The notes under the pieces were generated by a model. That model had not been told where the DNA came from. It was given only the letters and a program-made list of their open reading frames with translations, and searched no databases. DNA of 64,000 nucleotides from Kofleriaceae bacterium (GTDB taxonomy: Bacteria; Myxococcota_A; Polyangia; Haliangiales; Haliangiaceae): NCBI GenBank assembly GCA_965215005.1, contig CBDCCZ010000009.1, forward strand, positions 35,981 to 99,980, written 5' to 3'. Shown piece after piece: positions 18,976 to 30,502 of the stretch. Position numbers and translations under genes: made by a program. Each line of letters opens with the position of its first letter. Positions within the stretch are counted from its first letter, which is position 1.

Positions 18976-19251
18976 AGAAACGTGTCCTCTCGATTGTCGC
19001 CGCACCCCGTGCGCGGCGCGAGCGGACGATACGGCAGGTGCCGCAGGCTTCGCCAGTCGCAGTAAGAAACAACCGTATCGCGACGCAGGAGAGTCACCCG
19101 CCACGGGGGGAGGCGAGCGAACTTTGCCGCTTTTGCCAGCGTTGCACGCTTGCAATCCGCCTCAACGCGGTGACTAGAGGTGCTTTGGGCGCTCTCGCGC
19201 GCTGCTTACTAGTTTAGATACCGCTCGGGCGCTGGCGCGTCGGCCTCGTCG

Positions 19252-20250
19252 TCACTCGAGGCGCTCTCCTGGGCTGCTCGGTCCAACGTCGAGGACGACG
19301 AGAGGCGCCGGGCTACGGGCTTCTTCTTCCGCCCACCGCGCGAGCCTGGCGCGATTTTGATAGCGCTTGCGCAGGTACGCCAGGATGAGCAGCAGCGCTC
19401 CGAACACCCAGACGCCCATCGCGAAGAGACCCGCTGGCATTAGCAGATAGCGCTCGCGCAGCCCCTGCGCCCACTCGTCGTGCAGCTCCGAAAGGCTGGC
19501 GCCGTACGCGTTCCACGCCGCTCGCTCAGGAGTATCGCCAGCGGAAATGGCGGCGAGGAAGTCGCGAAATGGCCAGCGGTTGCCGTCGTCGCGCGCATCG
19601 GGATAGCGCCCGCGTCTGGCCAAGTAGGCGACGAAGTCGTAGCTCTGCGCGTACGCGCGATCCGCCTCGGCTTCGGCAGCCGGGAAATGCTGCTCGAGCT
19701 CACTCAGAGGCTGAACATTGCCAAACCACGCCATGCCGGTGAGGGTCTGCGCGCGGGCGAGCGAAAAATTCGAGGAATGAAGATAGGCAAATCCTTCATT
19801 GAGCCAGCGCGGCGCGCGACCGTGCAAGGCAGCGCCTAGCGCCAGGTGCGCCAGCTCGTGAACCGCGACATTGGCGCTGGCAATGGGCTCCGCGCCGCTC
19901 CGGGTAGCAACCACGACCACGCCAGCATCCGGGTAGGCGACGCCTGCGGCCCAGTGGGGAGCGCCGCGGCCAGGCGGAGCGGCAGCGGCGAGATCGGCGG
20001 CGCGTTTGACGAGGCGAATCTCGATGCGCGCCGGTGCCGGCAAGCCATCTAGATCGGCGCGAATGCGCGCGAGCGCCTCGGGAGCCTCGGCGGAGATGGT
20101 GGCCGCGAGCTCGGCGAGGCCAGCTTCGGCGCGCACGGTGACGGCGCCCGTCTCGGTGACCTCGGGCAACGCGAGGCGCTGCGCGCGGGCAGTGCTGGCA
20201 AGGCAGAGCATGCAAAGGATCGCGAGCGCGCGCAGCAGCCAAGGCGTCAC
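19252..20250 (-). CDS. Peptidase MA-family zinc metallohydrolase with C-terminal TM helix
   Basis: HELAH...PRWLNEGFA, AYAQS; GTG overlaps the upstream stop. Confidence 0.85.
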   Translation of the reverse strand: MTPWLLRALAILCMLCLASTARAQRLALPEVTETGAVTVRAEAGLAELAATISAEAPEALARIRADLDGLPAPARIEIRLVKRAADLAAAAPPGRGAPHWAAGVAYPDAGVVVVATRSGAEPIASANVAVHELAHLALGAALHGRAPRWLNEGFAYLHSSNFSLARAQTLTGMAWFGNVQPLSELEQHFPAAEAEADRAYAQSYDFVAYLARRGRYPDARDDGNRWPFRDFLAAISAGDTPERAAWNAYGASLSELHDEWAQGLRERYLLMPAGLFAMGVWVFGALLLILAYLRKRYQNRARLARWAEEEARSPAPLVVLDVGPSSPGERLE

Positions 20251-21557
20251 GGCAGCGTGAGCTCGATGCGCTGCCGGTCGTTGTCGAGCTCGGTGGCCAG
20301 GATGACGGCGGCGCCGACGAAGACGGCGCCGAGGATTGCGGAGTAGACCCACCATGGTTGCGTCTCCTGGGCTTTCTCAGGCGATGTCGAACGCCCGGTG
20401 AGGAGTGGCGTGGCGCGCTGCTGGCGCGCGTGCAAGACGAGCGGCGTGGTGATGTTCCGAGGCTGTGACAGCGGCGCCGTGGCGATGCGCTGGGCTCGCC
20501 TACTGCCGGGTGGGAGCGCCCAGAGCGCTGCCGTGTCACCTTCGCCGATGACGATGCCAAGTTGCGCCTCCGCGGCGGTCATGACCTCGGTCATCGCGGC
20601 GGCATCGAGCGTGGTCGGGTCGCGGCGCCAACCCGCAATCCGCGCCGTTAGGGAAAGCGAATCGGCCGGGGCGGGGAGGCCAGCGCCGCCGCGGGCGTCA
20701 CCGGCGATGGTGCTCAAGAGCCACGGCAGGAGGCCAGTTAGCGGCGTCTCCTGCGTCGCTGGTCTTGCGTCGCGCGCTTCCAAGCTCTGGCCGTGAGCGA
20801 CTCGAACCTGTTGACCGTCGTCGCGGATCGAGACCCAAACCGCCTCGCCGCCGCTCGGCCAGCCCAGCGCGATCAGGTGCTCGCCCTCCGGCAAGACGGC
20901 GCGGAGCGGCGCGATGCCCGCGTTGTGGTGATCGATCCACACCGTTGCCGTCGCGGGCTCGCCGGCAATCTCGACGCTGCGGAGCGCGACGTTGGCGGTG
21001 GCGTCGAGCTCGGGATACGCGGCCCAAATTGCCGCGGGCACGTTTGCACCAGCATCGGCACCGATCGCACGCAGCGCGGCGGCTGCGCGTGCTGCCGCGG
21101 CCCGGTCGCCGGCTTCGTGGGCGCAGCGCAGCTGATAGCCGTACGCGTCGACGAGGGGCTCAATGGACGCGGCGCCAGCCGCTTGCGCCGCTCCCAACGC
21201 AGTAATTGCCTCGCGCGCGGCGACACGCGCGCCGTTGCAGTCATCGGCGGCACTCGCGCGCCGCGCGGTCGCCAGCGCTGCGTAACCGCGTGTCAAGGCG
21301 GCTTCGCCGGCCGGCGCGAGCGCTGCGAGCTGTGCGCGCACCTCGAGGTCGGCGACGAGCGTGAGGGCGGCGGTGCTAGCGAGCTCGCGCTCCAGGCGAT
21401 ACACGCTCGGAGCGCGACTCGCGGCATCCGCAGCGCGCAGATCGATGATGGTGACCGGTAATGCATCACCGGCGGCCGGAGCGGCCACTGCCGCCCGTGA
21501 CGCGGCGAGCGCTGCCGCTATGCCGGCAAGCTGTCGAAGTATTTGCCGAGCGCCCAT
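20247..21557 (-). CDS. Hypothetical secreted/membrane protein with PEGA-like domain
   Basis: Signal peptide; GEPATATVWID...GEHLI; C-terminal PWWVY plus hydrophobic segment. Confidence 0.7.
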   Translation of the reverse strand: MGARQILRQLAGIAAALAASRAAVAAPAAGDALPVTIIDLRAADAASRAPSVYRLERELASTAALTLVADLEVRAQLAALAPAGEAALTRGYAALATARRASAADDCNGARVAAREAITALGAAQAAGAASIEPLVDAYGYQLRCAHEAGDRAAAARAAAALRAIGADAGANVPAAIWAAYPELDATANVALRSVEIAGEPATATVWIDHHNAGIAPLRAVLPEGEHLIALGWPSGGEAVWVSIRDDGQQVRVAHGQSLEARDARPATQETPLTGLLPWLLSTIAGDARGGAGLPAPADSLSLTARIAGWRRDPTTLDAAAMTEVMTAAEAQLGIVIGEGDTAALWALPPGSRRAQRIATAPLSQPRNITTPLVLHARQQRATPLLTGRSTSPEKAQETQPWWVYSAILGAVFVGAAVILATELDNDRQRIELTLP

Positions 21558-21826
21558 ACGACCTTTGCTCGCAGGCCATCGAACCGCAGTCCGATGCCGC
21601 TATCTGTGCTCCAGCGGACCTGCGCCGCGATCTCGAGAAGGGTCTCATCGCTGGGCACGCGAAGCCGCAACGTGACCGGCTGGCCCATCCTCGGGCGAGC
21701 GCCGTAGAGGACGAACGCGCCGCCCAGAGACATGTTGTCGATGATGACCTCGTGATGTTCTCCGGCCACTTCCAAGGTGGCGGCGAGAGCGACGTGATAG
21801 CGGCAATGGGATCGGCTAGCAGACAC
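21518..21826 (-). CDS. PilZ domain protein
   Basis: RSHCR (RxxxR), NMSLGG, VRW...GIGLRF; start approximate. Confidence 0.85.
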   Translation of the reverse strand: MSASRSHCRYHVALAATLEVAGEHHEVIIDNMSLGGAFVLYGARPRMGQPVTLRLRVPSDETLLEIAAQVRWSTDSGIGLRFDGLRAKVVWALGKYFDSLPA

Positions 21827-22092
21827 GCGAGAGAGCTCCGGGGCGGCAGACAGTCCTGCCAGTGTAAGCGCCAAATCGTTTGCCGAAAGCTAACTAAATG
21901 GGGGATCCGCTCGCGGCCGCCCGGGAGATGCCAAAGCATGCCGCCGCAGGAGTCGTTGCGCCCACGATGGCCCACCTCCAGCGCCCGCACGATGCCTGGC
22001 CCGGACACGCGACACAGTCGCTACCGCCCACGACGGCCTACCTCCAGCGCCCACAGCGATGCCCTCTGCGGGCGGTGACCGCGGGCGGCGCC

Positions 22093-23112
22093 TCAGCGCT
22101 TGATGTCGACGTAGGCCTTCTTGCGCAACTCGCTCAGCCACTGCTGCGTTTGCTTATCCATCTCGCGGCGATAAATCTCGTTGCGCAGCTGCTCCTTGGA
22201 TTCCTCGAAGCTCGCCAGGTCGGCTTGCTCCACCTCGCCGACGTAGAAGACGTGCAGGCCGCTCGGTCCGCTCACGGGACCGCGAACCTCACCCTTCTCC
22301 ATGCTGAACACGATGGCTTCCCACTCGCTGGCGATGGAGCCGCGCTCGATCCAGCCGAGGTCGCCGGCGGACTCCGCAGTGGCTGCGTCGTCCGAGTGCT
22401 TAGCCGCGAGCTCAGCGAACGCCTCGCCAGCGCGAGCACGCTCGATGACCTCTGCCGCTTCTTGTTTGGCTTCGGCGACTTGCGCTTCGCTCGGCTCTTC
22501 GGGCAGGCCGATGAGAATGTGCTGCAGTCGAATTTTTTCCACGGCGCCTGAGCGCCGACTTTGCGCGTCATAGCGGGCGCGAACGTCCTCGTCCGTGACC
22601 GTCACACGCGGGCGGACCAGCATGTTGATCGCTCGCATTCGCAGGATCTGCTTCTCGACATCCTGCCGATAGGCACCTAGCGAATAGCCTTGCACACGCA
22701 GCGCCTGGCTGAAGCCCTCATCATCGAGCTGGTTTTGCTTCTTGATCTCGTCGATGGCGGCATCGATCTCGCGCGCCTCGACCTGCAGCTTGGCCTCCGC
22801 GGCTGCTTCCACGATGAGCTCCTCGCTCACCATCTCCTCGAGCACCTGGCTCACGATCTTGCGCTCCCGGCGCTCACGCTCGCGCGCATCGCTGATGCTG
22901 TCGAGGTCGGCAATGAGCGGCGCTGCGCGCGTCCGCAGCTCGCTCGCCAAGATGACCGCGTCGTTGACGACCGCCACCACCTGATCGAGCACGAAGCCGC
23001 TGGCTTGCGCCTCCTGGTCGGCCTTGGGTCTGGGCGTGGGAGCCGGTTGCGCCATCGCCGGAAGTGACCAGGTGCCGAGCACAAGCGCAATCCCAACCCA
23101 GAGCGGTCGCAT
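22093..23112 (-). CDS. surA: SurA-like parvulin peptidyl-prolyl isomerase
   Basis: VVAVVNDAVILASEL, QHILI, FAELAAKHSDD, GDLGW, GLHVF. Confidence 0.88.
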   Translation of the reverse strand: MRPLWVGIALVLGTWSLPAMAQPAPTPRPKADQEAQASGFVLDQVVAVVNDAVILASELRTRAAPLIADLDSISDARERERRERKIVSQVLEEMVSEELIVEAAAEAKLQVEAREIDAAIDEIKKQNQLDDEGFSQALRVQGYSLGAYRQDVEKQILRMRAINMLVRPRVTVTDEDVRARYDAQSRRSGAVEKIRLQHILIGLPEEPSEAQVAEAKQEAAEVIERARAGEAFAELAAKHSDDAATAESAGDLGWIERGSIASEWEAIVFSMEKGEVRGPVSGPSGLHVFYVGEVEQADLASFEESKEQLRNEIYRREMDKQTQQWLSELRKKAYVDIKR

Positions 23113-23152
23113 CGACAGGTGAGACACGTTGACCGCGCGCGCGGTTGCCCGA

Positions 23153-24178
23153 CTATTGCGCGGCAGCTTCATGACCCGCGGCCTCATCGAGCATCATCTC
23201 GCCGTGGTGGCCGCTCATCGCTGGTGGCGCGCCGGCGGTATCGATTTCGACCTTGGCGAGGTTGTCCTCGAAGATCTCGATTTTGGCCTTGTCTTTGAGG
23301 GAATCGATGAAGGTTTGCTGCGCTGCGGTGCGCTTTTCGCGATAGATGCGGTTCTGAATCTGCCGCTTGACCTCGTCGAACGACTTCTCCATCGCCTTGC
23401 GTCTGCCGGTTTGTTTGAGGATATAGAAGCTGCCGTTGCCAGCGGCGATGGGGCCCGCGACATCCCCGGTTTGCTCGAGCGCGAACGCGGCCTCGACCAC
23501 GGGAGCAGGCAATTCTTTGGTGTCGGCGGCGAAGTAGCGCAAGTCACCGCCGCGGACCTTGGTCGCCTCGTCAATCGAGTGCTGGGCGACGAGATCGCGA
23601 AAGCCCTTGTTGGTCTTGCCTTGCTCGCCTTTGGCGGCCTGCGCGACTTTTTTGGCGTCTGCTTCGCTGCGCAAGATGATCGCCGAGACCCGAACCTCTT
23701 CGGGTTTTTTGTACTCCGATTCGTGCTCTGCGTAGAAGGCGCGCATCTCGTCGTCGCCGATGGCCTCGGGATCGATTTTGGTTTCGAACTCGTCTGCCAT
23801 GAGCTTCTGGATCATCATCTGCTTCATGGTGCGGACGACCTCGGGATCGTTGTCGAGCCCGCGCCGCATCGCTTCCTTGGCCAGAACCTCGAAGCGGACC
23901 AGATTCTCGAGGAACTCCTGCTTCTGCTCGAGCGAGGTGTAGCGCGCGCGAATGTACGGCGACTGCCGATTGATGCGCTCTTGAAACTCGCTCACCGTGA
24001 CCACGATGTCGTCGACCTTGGCCAGCGGCGTGTCGTCCGCGGCTGTGGCGACGGCGGCTGGGTTGGCTCCGCTGGTCGCGGCCGGCTCTTGATCACGGCA
24101 GCCGAGCAGGCTCAAGACCAAAAGGCCTGAGCAAAGGCCGGCGAAGGCGCCGCAGAGAGGTGACCGCGTTCGAAGCAT
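23153..24178 (-). CDS. PpiC-type peptidyl-prolyl isomerase lipoprotein
   Basis: Lipobox LLGC; EEVRVSAI, HSIDEATKVRGGDLRYF. Confidence 0.88.
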   Translation of the reverse strand: MLRTRSPLCGAFAGLCSGLLVLSLLGCRDQEPAATSGANPAAVATAADDTPLAKVDDIVVTVSEFQERINRQSPYIRARYTSLEQKQEFLENLVRFEVLAKEAMRRGLDNDPEVVRTMKQMMIQKLMADEFETKIDPEAIGDDEMRAFYAEHESEYKKPEEVRVSAIILRSEADAKKVAQAAKGEQGKTNKGFRDLVAQHSIDEATKVRGGDLRYFAADTKELPAPVVEAAFALEQTGDVAGPIAAGNGSFYILKQTGRRKAMEKSFDEVKRQIQNRIYREKRTAAQQTFIDSLKDKAKIEIFEDNLAKVEIDTAGAPPAMSGHHGEMMLDEAAGHEAAAQ

Positions 24179-24208
24179 AACTAGCTCTCCTGACTACGAA
24201 AACTGCGA

Positions 24209-27200
24209 TCAGGTAGCACAGCCGATGAGCTCGAGCAAGCAGCTCCTAGCGGCGTGGGCGGGGCCTTGCTCCGTGCTCGGTAGCTGACACGCCAGCCGGC
24301 CATCGGCGGTCAGGCGGAATTGCTTGCCGCTGCGTTTTACCAGCTCGGCTAGCACCGTTGGCGATAGCGGTGTGGTCTCGGCCAACGCTAAGGTCATTCG
24401 AGTCGCGGTGAGATCGACGCTCACGGCGCGCAGGACGCGCGCATAGGTCTTGAGCACCATCAGGTCGCCGAGCTGCACGACCTCCAGGGGCAGCGGACCG
24501 TAGCGGTCGAGAAGCTCGTCGAGCAGCAGTCGCACCTCGTCTTCGTCCTCGGCACCCGAGAGCCGCTTGTAGAGATCGAGCCGCTGGCCGGTGTCGGGCA
24601 CGTAGTCGTCGGGAATGAAGCCCGCGGCGTCGACATTGAGCTCGGGATCCGTGGCTTTGTGGATCTCCTCGCCGCGAAGCTCGGCAACCGCTTCTTCGAG
24701 CATCGCAGTGTAGGTCTCAAATCCCACCGCGGCGATCGAGCCCGATTGCTTCGCGCCGAGCAGCTCGCCGGCGCCGCGAATCTCGAGGTCGTGCGAGGCG
24801 ATCTGAAAGCCGGCGCCGAGCTCGGTGTACCGCTGCAGCGCTTCGAGGCGCCGCCGTGCTTCTTCCGTGAGCTGTTCGGGCGGCGGCACCAGCAGATAGC
24901 AGAATGCGCGCTCTTTGGAGCGGCCGATGCGCCCGCGCAGCTGATAGAGCTGCGAGACCCCAAAGGTGTCGGCGCGGGCGATGAACATGGTGTTGGCGCG
25001 AGCGATGTCGAGCCCGCTCTCGATGATGGTGGTCGATACCAGGACGTCGTGCTCGCCGTTGACGAAACCGACCATGATCGTCTCGAGTGCCTCAGCGCTC
25101 ATTTGCCCGTGCGCGACCACCACTCGCGCCTCCGGCACCAGCGCGCGCAGGTGCGTGGCCCAGTCTTCTAGGGTCGGTTCTCTGGACTTGCCGTCGCCAA
25201 TTCGCGGCGACACGAAAAAGCATTGGCCGCCGCGGCCGAGCTCGCGCCGCAACGCCTCGCGCAGGACGCCATCGTCGACGCGTGAGACAAAGGTGCGGAT
25301 CGAGCGACGGTCGGCCGGCGGGGTGGCGATGATGGACAGATCGCGCAGCCCGGCCATGGCTAGGTGCAGTGTTCTCGGGATCGGCGTGGCGGTGAGGGTG
25401 AGGACGTCGAGCTGTGTGCGCAGCTTCTTGAGCCGCTCCTTCTGGGTAACGCCGAAGCGCTGCTCCTCATCGATGATGAGCAGGCCGAGCTCTTTGAACC
25501 GCACGTCTTTCGATAGCAGTCGATGCGTGCCGACCACGATGTCGACCGTGCCGGCAGCCAGCCCCTTGATGGCGGCGAGCTGGCTCGCCCTGCTTTGAAA
25601 TCGCGATAATCGCTCTACCTGTACCGGCCAACCCGCATACCGGCGCTTCATGGTCTGGAAATGCTGCTCGACCAGCACGGTGGTCGGCGCGAGCATCGCG
25701 ACCTGCTTGCCGCCGAGCACCGCTTTGAGAGCCGCGCGCAAGGCGACCTCGGTCTTGCCATACCCAACGTCGCCGCATACCAGCCGGTCCATGGGCCGAG
25801 GGCTCTCCATGTCGTCGATGACGGCATCGATCGCCTTTTGCTGATCCGGTGTTTCCTCGAACTCGAAGAGCGCCTCGAACTCGCCAAACATCGCGTCACC
25901 CGCGGGGAACGCATGCCCGGGCAGGGCGGCGCGCTGCGCGTAGAGCTGCAACAGCTCCTCGGCGAGCGCCCGCACCTGCACAGATACCTTGCGCCGCGCC
26001 TTATCCCACGTGAGGCCGCCGAGCTTGTCGAGCCGCGGACTGTGGCCTTCGGCGCCGACGTAGCGCTGCACCTCGCTGAGCCGGTACACCGGCAAATACA
26101 GCGTGCCGCCGCTGTACTCGAGCTGGAGAAAATCCATCGGAGCGCCGCGCAGCGGTAGTTTTTTCAGCCCCTGGTATTGGCCGACGCCGTGCACGTGGTG
26201 AACGAGAAAGTCGCCCACCGCCAGCTGCGAAAAGTCGGCGACGCCGCCGAGCAGAGCATCGCGGGCGCGCTTGGCGGCTGCGCGCTGGCGCACCGAGGTC
26301 TGGCGGCGCGCGCCGAAGATCTCATCATCGGTGACGATGGCGAGCCCTTCTGCGGCGTAGCTAAACCCTTCCGAAAGCGAGCCGCGCAGCAGCGTTGGCA
26401 CCCCGGGCGACAGCGCGTCGAGAGCGATCGGCTGGCTTGCGCGCTCGACGAACACGTCATACTCGCTGAGCAGTCCCGCTAAACGGTCAGCTCGGGCGGC
26501 GCTGTCGCAGGGAATCGCGATGCGCCAGTCACCCTTGCGCCACGCGCCGAGCGACGCCGTGAGCGGCTGCAAGAGCTCGTCCGCCGACTGCTTGCGAGCC
26601 CGCTCCAGGGCGCTGCGGAGGCCGCGATTGCCGTCGATGGCGAATCGCAGGACAGCGGCATCCTCATCGGCGCCGAGCATTTCGACGGTGCGCGCCAGCA
26701 CCCGTCGCCGCGGCGCCGAAAGCGCGCTAGCGAGCTCCTCGAGAGCCACGTAGTGTTCACTCGGCGCAAGCGCCAAGCGTCCATCGGCGAGGCGATCCTG
26801 ATAGCGACTGGCGGCGATATCGAGCTCATCGGTGGCTGCGGCGATGACGCCATCGGGATCGAGCACGAGCCATTGTGCTGTGTCGCCAAGAAGCTGCCAC
26901 AGCGGCGTCATGCGCGCGTGAAACACCGGCGTGAGGGTCTCGATGCCGACGAATTCCTCACCGGTATCGAGCTGTTCGAGCACCCGGCGGGTCTGCTTCG
27001 AAGGCATCGTCGCGGCGTCGGCGGCAGCCAGAATTTTGGCTCGCACGTCGGCGCCGCGAGTGAGAACGGTCTCGCGCACGGGATGCAGATGAAGCCGCTC
27101 GATCGCCCGCAGCGTGCGTTGGCTCTGTGGATCGAACAGCCGCATCGATTCGATCTCATCGCCAAACAGCTCGATGCGAACCGGATAGGGGTAAAGCGGA

Positions 27201-27751
27201 CAGAACACGTCGACGACGCCGCCGCGGACCGCGAAGGTTCCCGGATCTTCGACGATCGACATGCGGGCGTAGCCGGCGCGGGTGAGGCGCTCCGCGGTGG
27301 CTTCGCGGTTGATGTCGGCGTGGACGGTGAGCTCGATAGAGAGCTCGAGCAGCTCGGCGGGCGCGATGACCCGACGCACCAGCGAGGTCGCGCTCACCAC
27401 CGCTATGGGCGGCCGCAGCACCCCGCCGCGCGCGAGACGGTAGAGCGCCGCCATGCGCCCGGCCAGCGCTGCGCGGTCGGGGCTCAGCTCGGCGTAGGGA
27501 GAGGTGTCGACGCCCGGAATTCGCAGCGCCGTAGCGGGCGCGGCGGGATCGATTGCTTCGGGCGAGGGCGCAAAGAAGCGCGCATCGGCTGCCATTTGCC
27601 GCGCGCTGGCTTCATCGGGGGTGACGATGACGACTGGTCCGTGCGGCAACAGCTGGGTGGCGACATAGGCGAGAAACGCCGGTGTAGTGCCGTAGGCGAC
27701 GGTGGCTTTGCGGGCGAGGGCGGTGGTGAGCTGCGCAAGGGTGGCTGACAT
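24209..27751 (-). CDS. mfd: Transcription-repair coupling factor
   Basis: [59 protein letters not shown]. Confidence 0.97.
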   Translation of the reverse strand: MSATLAQLTTALARKATVAYGTTPAFLAYVATQLLPHGPVVIVTPDEASARQMAADARFFAPSPEAIDPAAPATALRIPGVDTSPYAELSPDRAALAGRMAALYRLARGGVLRPPIAVVSATSLVRRVIAPAELLELSIELTVHADINREATAERLTRAGYARMSIVEDPGTFAVRGGVVDVFCPLYPYPVRIELFGDEIESMRLFDPQSQRTLRAIERLHLHPVRETVLTRGADVRAKILAAADAATMPSKQTRRVLEQLDTGEEFVGIETLTPVFHARMTPLWQLLGDTAQWLVLDPDGVIAAATDELDIAASRYQDRLADGRLALAPSEHYVALEELASALSAPRRRVLARTVEMLGADEDAAVLRFAIDGNRGLRSALERARKQSADELLQPLTASLGAWRKGDWRIAIPCDSAARADRLAGLLSEYDVFVERASQPIALDALSPGVPTLLRGSLSEGFSYAAEGLAIVTDDEIFGARRQTSVRQRAAAKRARDALLGGVADFSQLAVGDFLVHHVHGVGQYQGLKKLPLRGAPMDFLQLEYSGGTLYLPVYRLSEVQRYVGAEGHSPRLDKLGGLTWDKARRKVSVQVRALAEELLQLYAQRAALPGHAFPAGDAMFGEFEALFEFEETPDQQKAIDAVIDDMESPRPMDRLVCGDVGYGKTEVALRAALKAVLGGKQVAMLAPTTVLVEQHFQTMKRRYAGWPVQVERLSRFQSRASQLAAIKGLAAGTVDIVVGTHRLLSKDVRFKELGLLIIDEEQRFGVTQKERLKKLRTQLDVLTLTATPIPRTLHLAMAGLRDLSIIATPPADRRSIRTFVSRVDDGVLREALRRELGRGGQCFFVSPRIGDGKSREPTLEDWATHLRALVPEARVVVAHGQMSAEALETIMVGFVNGEHDVLVSTTIIESGLDIARANTMFIARADTFGVSQLYQLRGRIGRSKERAFCYLLVPPPEQLTEEARRRLEALQRYTELGAGFQIASHDLEIRGAGELLGAKQSGSIAAVGFETYTAMLEEAVAELRGEEIHKATDPELNVDAAGFIPDDYVPDTGQRLDLYKRLSGAEDEDEVRLLLDELLDRYGPLPLEVVQLGDLMVLKTYARVLRAVSVDLTATRMTLALAETTPLSPTVLAELVKRSGKQFRLTADGRLACQLPSTEQGPAHAARSCLLELIGCAT

Positions 27752-27810
27752 GGCGGATGGTGAAGCGGACAGGTGTGGCAGTGGTTTGGGTCGCGTAGAC
27801 TTTTAGCCCG

Positions 27811-29109
27811 ATGCGAGGCTTCGACAAGGCACAGGCGGCGCTCGTTATCGTGGCGGCACTGGTGTTAGCGCCGAGCCGCAGTCCGCGCGCCGAGTCGAAG
27901 GCGGAGCTGCCGGCGCGTCTGGAAGCGCTCACGGCCAAGGTCGCGGCACTGCGCGGCTTGCCGGTGCGTCATCCCATCGCGCATGAGGTAATAGCCCCCG
28001 AAGCGCTGCGTGAGCGCCTTGCGGCGCGACTCGCCGGCGATGCGAGCGCGGACGTGAGGCGTTCGCTTTTGCTGGCGCGATTTGGTCTTGTGTCGGCCCC
28101 CGAGCCGCGCGCACTGGTGTTCGAGTTGCTCGCGAAGCAGATCGCTGGTTTCTATGATAGCGAACGGCACCAGCTGCTTTTGTCGGGGTGGGATGGCCAG
28201 GAAGTTGCGACGGCCGCGGTGCTGGCCCGCGAGCTTGCACAGGCCTTGCTCGATCAGCATTATCGGTTGGAGACGTTTCTCGCTCCGGGCGATTTGTCGG
28301 CGGACGCGCTGGCTGCTCGGTCGGCGTTGACCGCAGGCGACAGCACGACGGTGATGTTCGAGCTGGTCCTTGGCGGAGCCATGCGAACGCTGTGGTCGAG
28401 CCCGCACCTGCGCGGCCTTCTCGGCCCTTTCATAGCTGCACAGCTGCGCCGCGGCGCTCTCGGGCGCGTTCCGGTGGCGCTCCGCGAAGTGCTCGAATTT
28501 CCATCTGCTGCGGGTGTGGAGTTCGTGCTGTATTTTCGCCGGCATTATCCGTGGAGGCGGATCGACGCGATCTATCGCAAGCCGCCGCTGTCCACGGAGC
28601 ACATTCTGCATCCGCAGACGTACGAAGCCTACGAACGGCCGGTGGAGGTTGTTCCACAGCCGATCGCGGCGCTCGCCGGGTATCGACTGGTGCACCAGGA
28701 GGTGCGTGGGGAGCTCGGCGCGCGATTGGCGCTGCTAGCGCATGGGGTGACGTCGGCGCGAGCCAAGCGTGCGGCCGCTGGCTGGGGTGGTGACCGGTTG
28801 GCGCTGTACGCTCGAGCAGACCGGCACACCGGTGAGGGCTCCATCGCGGTGTATTTCAGCGTCTGGGATCACGAGGCCGACGCGCTGGAGTTTGCCGAGG
28901 CCGCCTTCGATGCGGCGGCATCGCTGGCAAATGGTCCGCTCATCGCCGGTCACGAGAAGCGCGCGCAGTGGCGTCTTGCTGGGCCTACGGGCGAGACGGT
29001 GCTTCTCGAGCGTCGGGGCACGGCGGTGGTTTGGATCGTTGGTGCCGGCGAGGCTGTCGCGGCGCCAATGGCAGCGCAGGTGTTCGCGCGGTGGACGGTG
29101 CGCCGCTAA
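27811..29109 (+). CDS. Secreted zincin-like protein lacking metal ligands
   Basis: IAGFYD, LARELAQALLDQHY, PPLSTEHILHP, AAAGWGGDR, VWD...DALEF. Confidence 0.7.
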   Translation: MRGFDKAQAALVIVAALVLAPSRSPRAESKAELPARLEALTAKVAALRGLPVRHPIAHEVIAPEALRERLAARLAGDASADVRRSLLLARFGLVSAPEPRALVFELLAKQIAGFYDSERHQLLLSGWDGQEVATAAVLARELAQALLDQHYRLETFLAPGDLSADALAARSALTAGDSTTVMFELVLGGAMRTLWSSPHLRGLLGPFIAAQLRRGALGRVPVALREVLEFPSAAGVEFVLYFRRHYPWRRIDAIYRKPPLSTEHILHPQTYEAYERPVEVVPQPIAALAGYRLVHQEVRGELGARLALLAHGVTSARAKRAAAGWGGDRLALYARADRHTGEGSIAVYFSVWDHEADALEFAEAAFDAAASLANGPLIAGHEKRAQWRLAGPTGETVLLERRGTAVVWIVGAGEAVAAPMAAQVFARWTVRR

Positions 29110-29126
29110 GGCACCGCAAGACAGTG

Positions 29127-30308
29127 CTATCGAACTAGGTACCGGCCGAGCTTGCCCAGCTGCTCGATGCTGTGGATGTCTTTGCGGAAGAACGGCACCT
29201 CAACGATCGACTCGTCGCCCGCCGCGCGCAGTCGAGTAATTGACTGCGCATCCGCTTTGGCGAGCGTCTGCAGCTCGCCGTGACTCTCGATGAGCTGCTC
29301 GGTTGCCATGCGGATCGATGCGGGCTGGAGACCGAGCTCCGCAACCTCGGGAACCTGGGCGAGCAGCGCCTCGAGTGCCGCTCGCTCGCGCGACAGCGGC
29401 CTATCCTGATGCACTCGGTTGATCACGAAGCCGCAAAACGGCATCGAGGAGGCCACCAGTCGCTGGTGGAAGTAGGAAGCTTCACGCACCGCCATCGGCT
29501 CAGGACTGGCGATCAAAACGAATCCGACCTTGGGTTGTCGGAGCAGCGCGAAGGTCTCTTGCGCGCGCTCGCGAAAGCCCCCGAGAATGTCATTGAACTC
29601 GGTGAAAAATACCGCGAGATCCTGCAAGAACTGCGAGCCGACGAACTTCGAGAGCCGCTTGAGCACGTAGGAGCCGGTCTTGCCCACCACTGACCAGCTG
29701 CTCGATTCCTGGCCGCGCAGCTTGCGAAACCATTCGATGGCGGGCGAGTCGATGGCGTTGGTGAGCTTCTCGGGAGCATCGAGAAAGTCCAGCGCGTGGG
29801 CGGTGGGGGGCGTATCGACGACGATGAGCTGCCAATCGCCCGTGGCATCGAATTCCTGCAGCTTGGCCATGGCCGCGTATTCCTGCGAGCCCGCCAGCGA
29901 GCCAGAAATCTGTGCGTACACCGGATTGGCCATGATCCGCTGCACCGCCTGCGGATCTGACGCATAGCGCGCCACCACCTCGTCGAAGGCCCGCTTTTGA
30001 TCGAGCATCATCGCGTGCAGCTCACCCCCGGCGGTGCGCTCGCCGGCGGTGTCGAGCACTGCCTCGGGCACCTGTTGCACCTCGTGCCCCAGCGCCTCGA
30101 GCCCTAGCGAATTGGCCAGTCGCTTCGCGGGGTCAATGGTGAGGACCAGCGTCTTCTGGCCGCGTCGCGCCGACTCGAGCGCCAGTGCCGCCGCCGTAGT
30201 GGTCTTGCCGACACCCCCGGAGCCAACACAGACCAGGATGCGCTTTTCGTGGAGGATATCGCCAAAGTTCGCGGGCACGGCAGGCTCCGAATCGAGCGCT
30301 TGTAGCAC
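29127..30308 (-). CDS. ArsA/GET3-family ATPase
   Basis: GSGGVGKTT, TIDPAKRLA, VVDTPP; start uncertain. Confidence 0.9.
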   Translation of the reverse strand: MLQALDSEPAVPANFGDILHEKRILVCVGSGGVGKTTTAAALALESARRGQKTLVLTIDPAKRLANSLGLEALGHEVQQVPEAVLDTAGERTAGGELHAMMLDQKRAFDEVVARYASDPQAVQRIMANPVYAQISGSLAGSQEYAAMAKLQEFDATGDWQLIVVDTPPTAHALDFLDAPEKLTNAIDSPAIEWFRKLRGQESSSWSVVGKTGSYVLKRLSKFVGSQFLQDLAVFFTEFNDILGGFRERAQETFALLRQPKVGFVLIASPEPMAVREASYFHQRLVASSMPFCGFVINRVHQDRPLSRERAALEALLAQVPEVAELGLQPASIRMATEQLIESHGELQTLAKADAQSITRLRAAGDESIVEVPFFRKDIHSIEQLGKLGRYLVR

Positions 30309-30502
30309 GTCACCGCGCAGGCGATCAACGTGACGGCGAGGGCGCGTTGCGGTCCAGCGGCTCTGGCCGTGGGTTCATGAAGAACCAGATTGTGGCGATG
30401 GTGCCGTGTCTTGTGCGACAGGCGCTGTTTGCAGCGGACAACAACCTGTCTTGATGGTTCCGCGCCGTGGCCCGAGCTCGCTTGGTTGCTACTCCTGCCG
30501 CC

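Noticed and set aside
29127..30308. Arsenic resistance operon
   Set aside because: Single-domain ArsA/GET3-like ATPase with no arsB, arsC, arsD or arsR nearby
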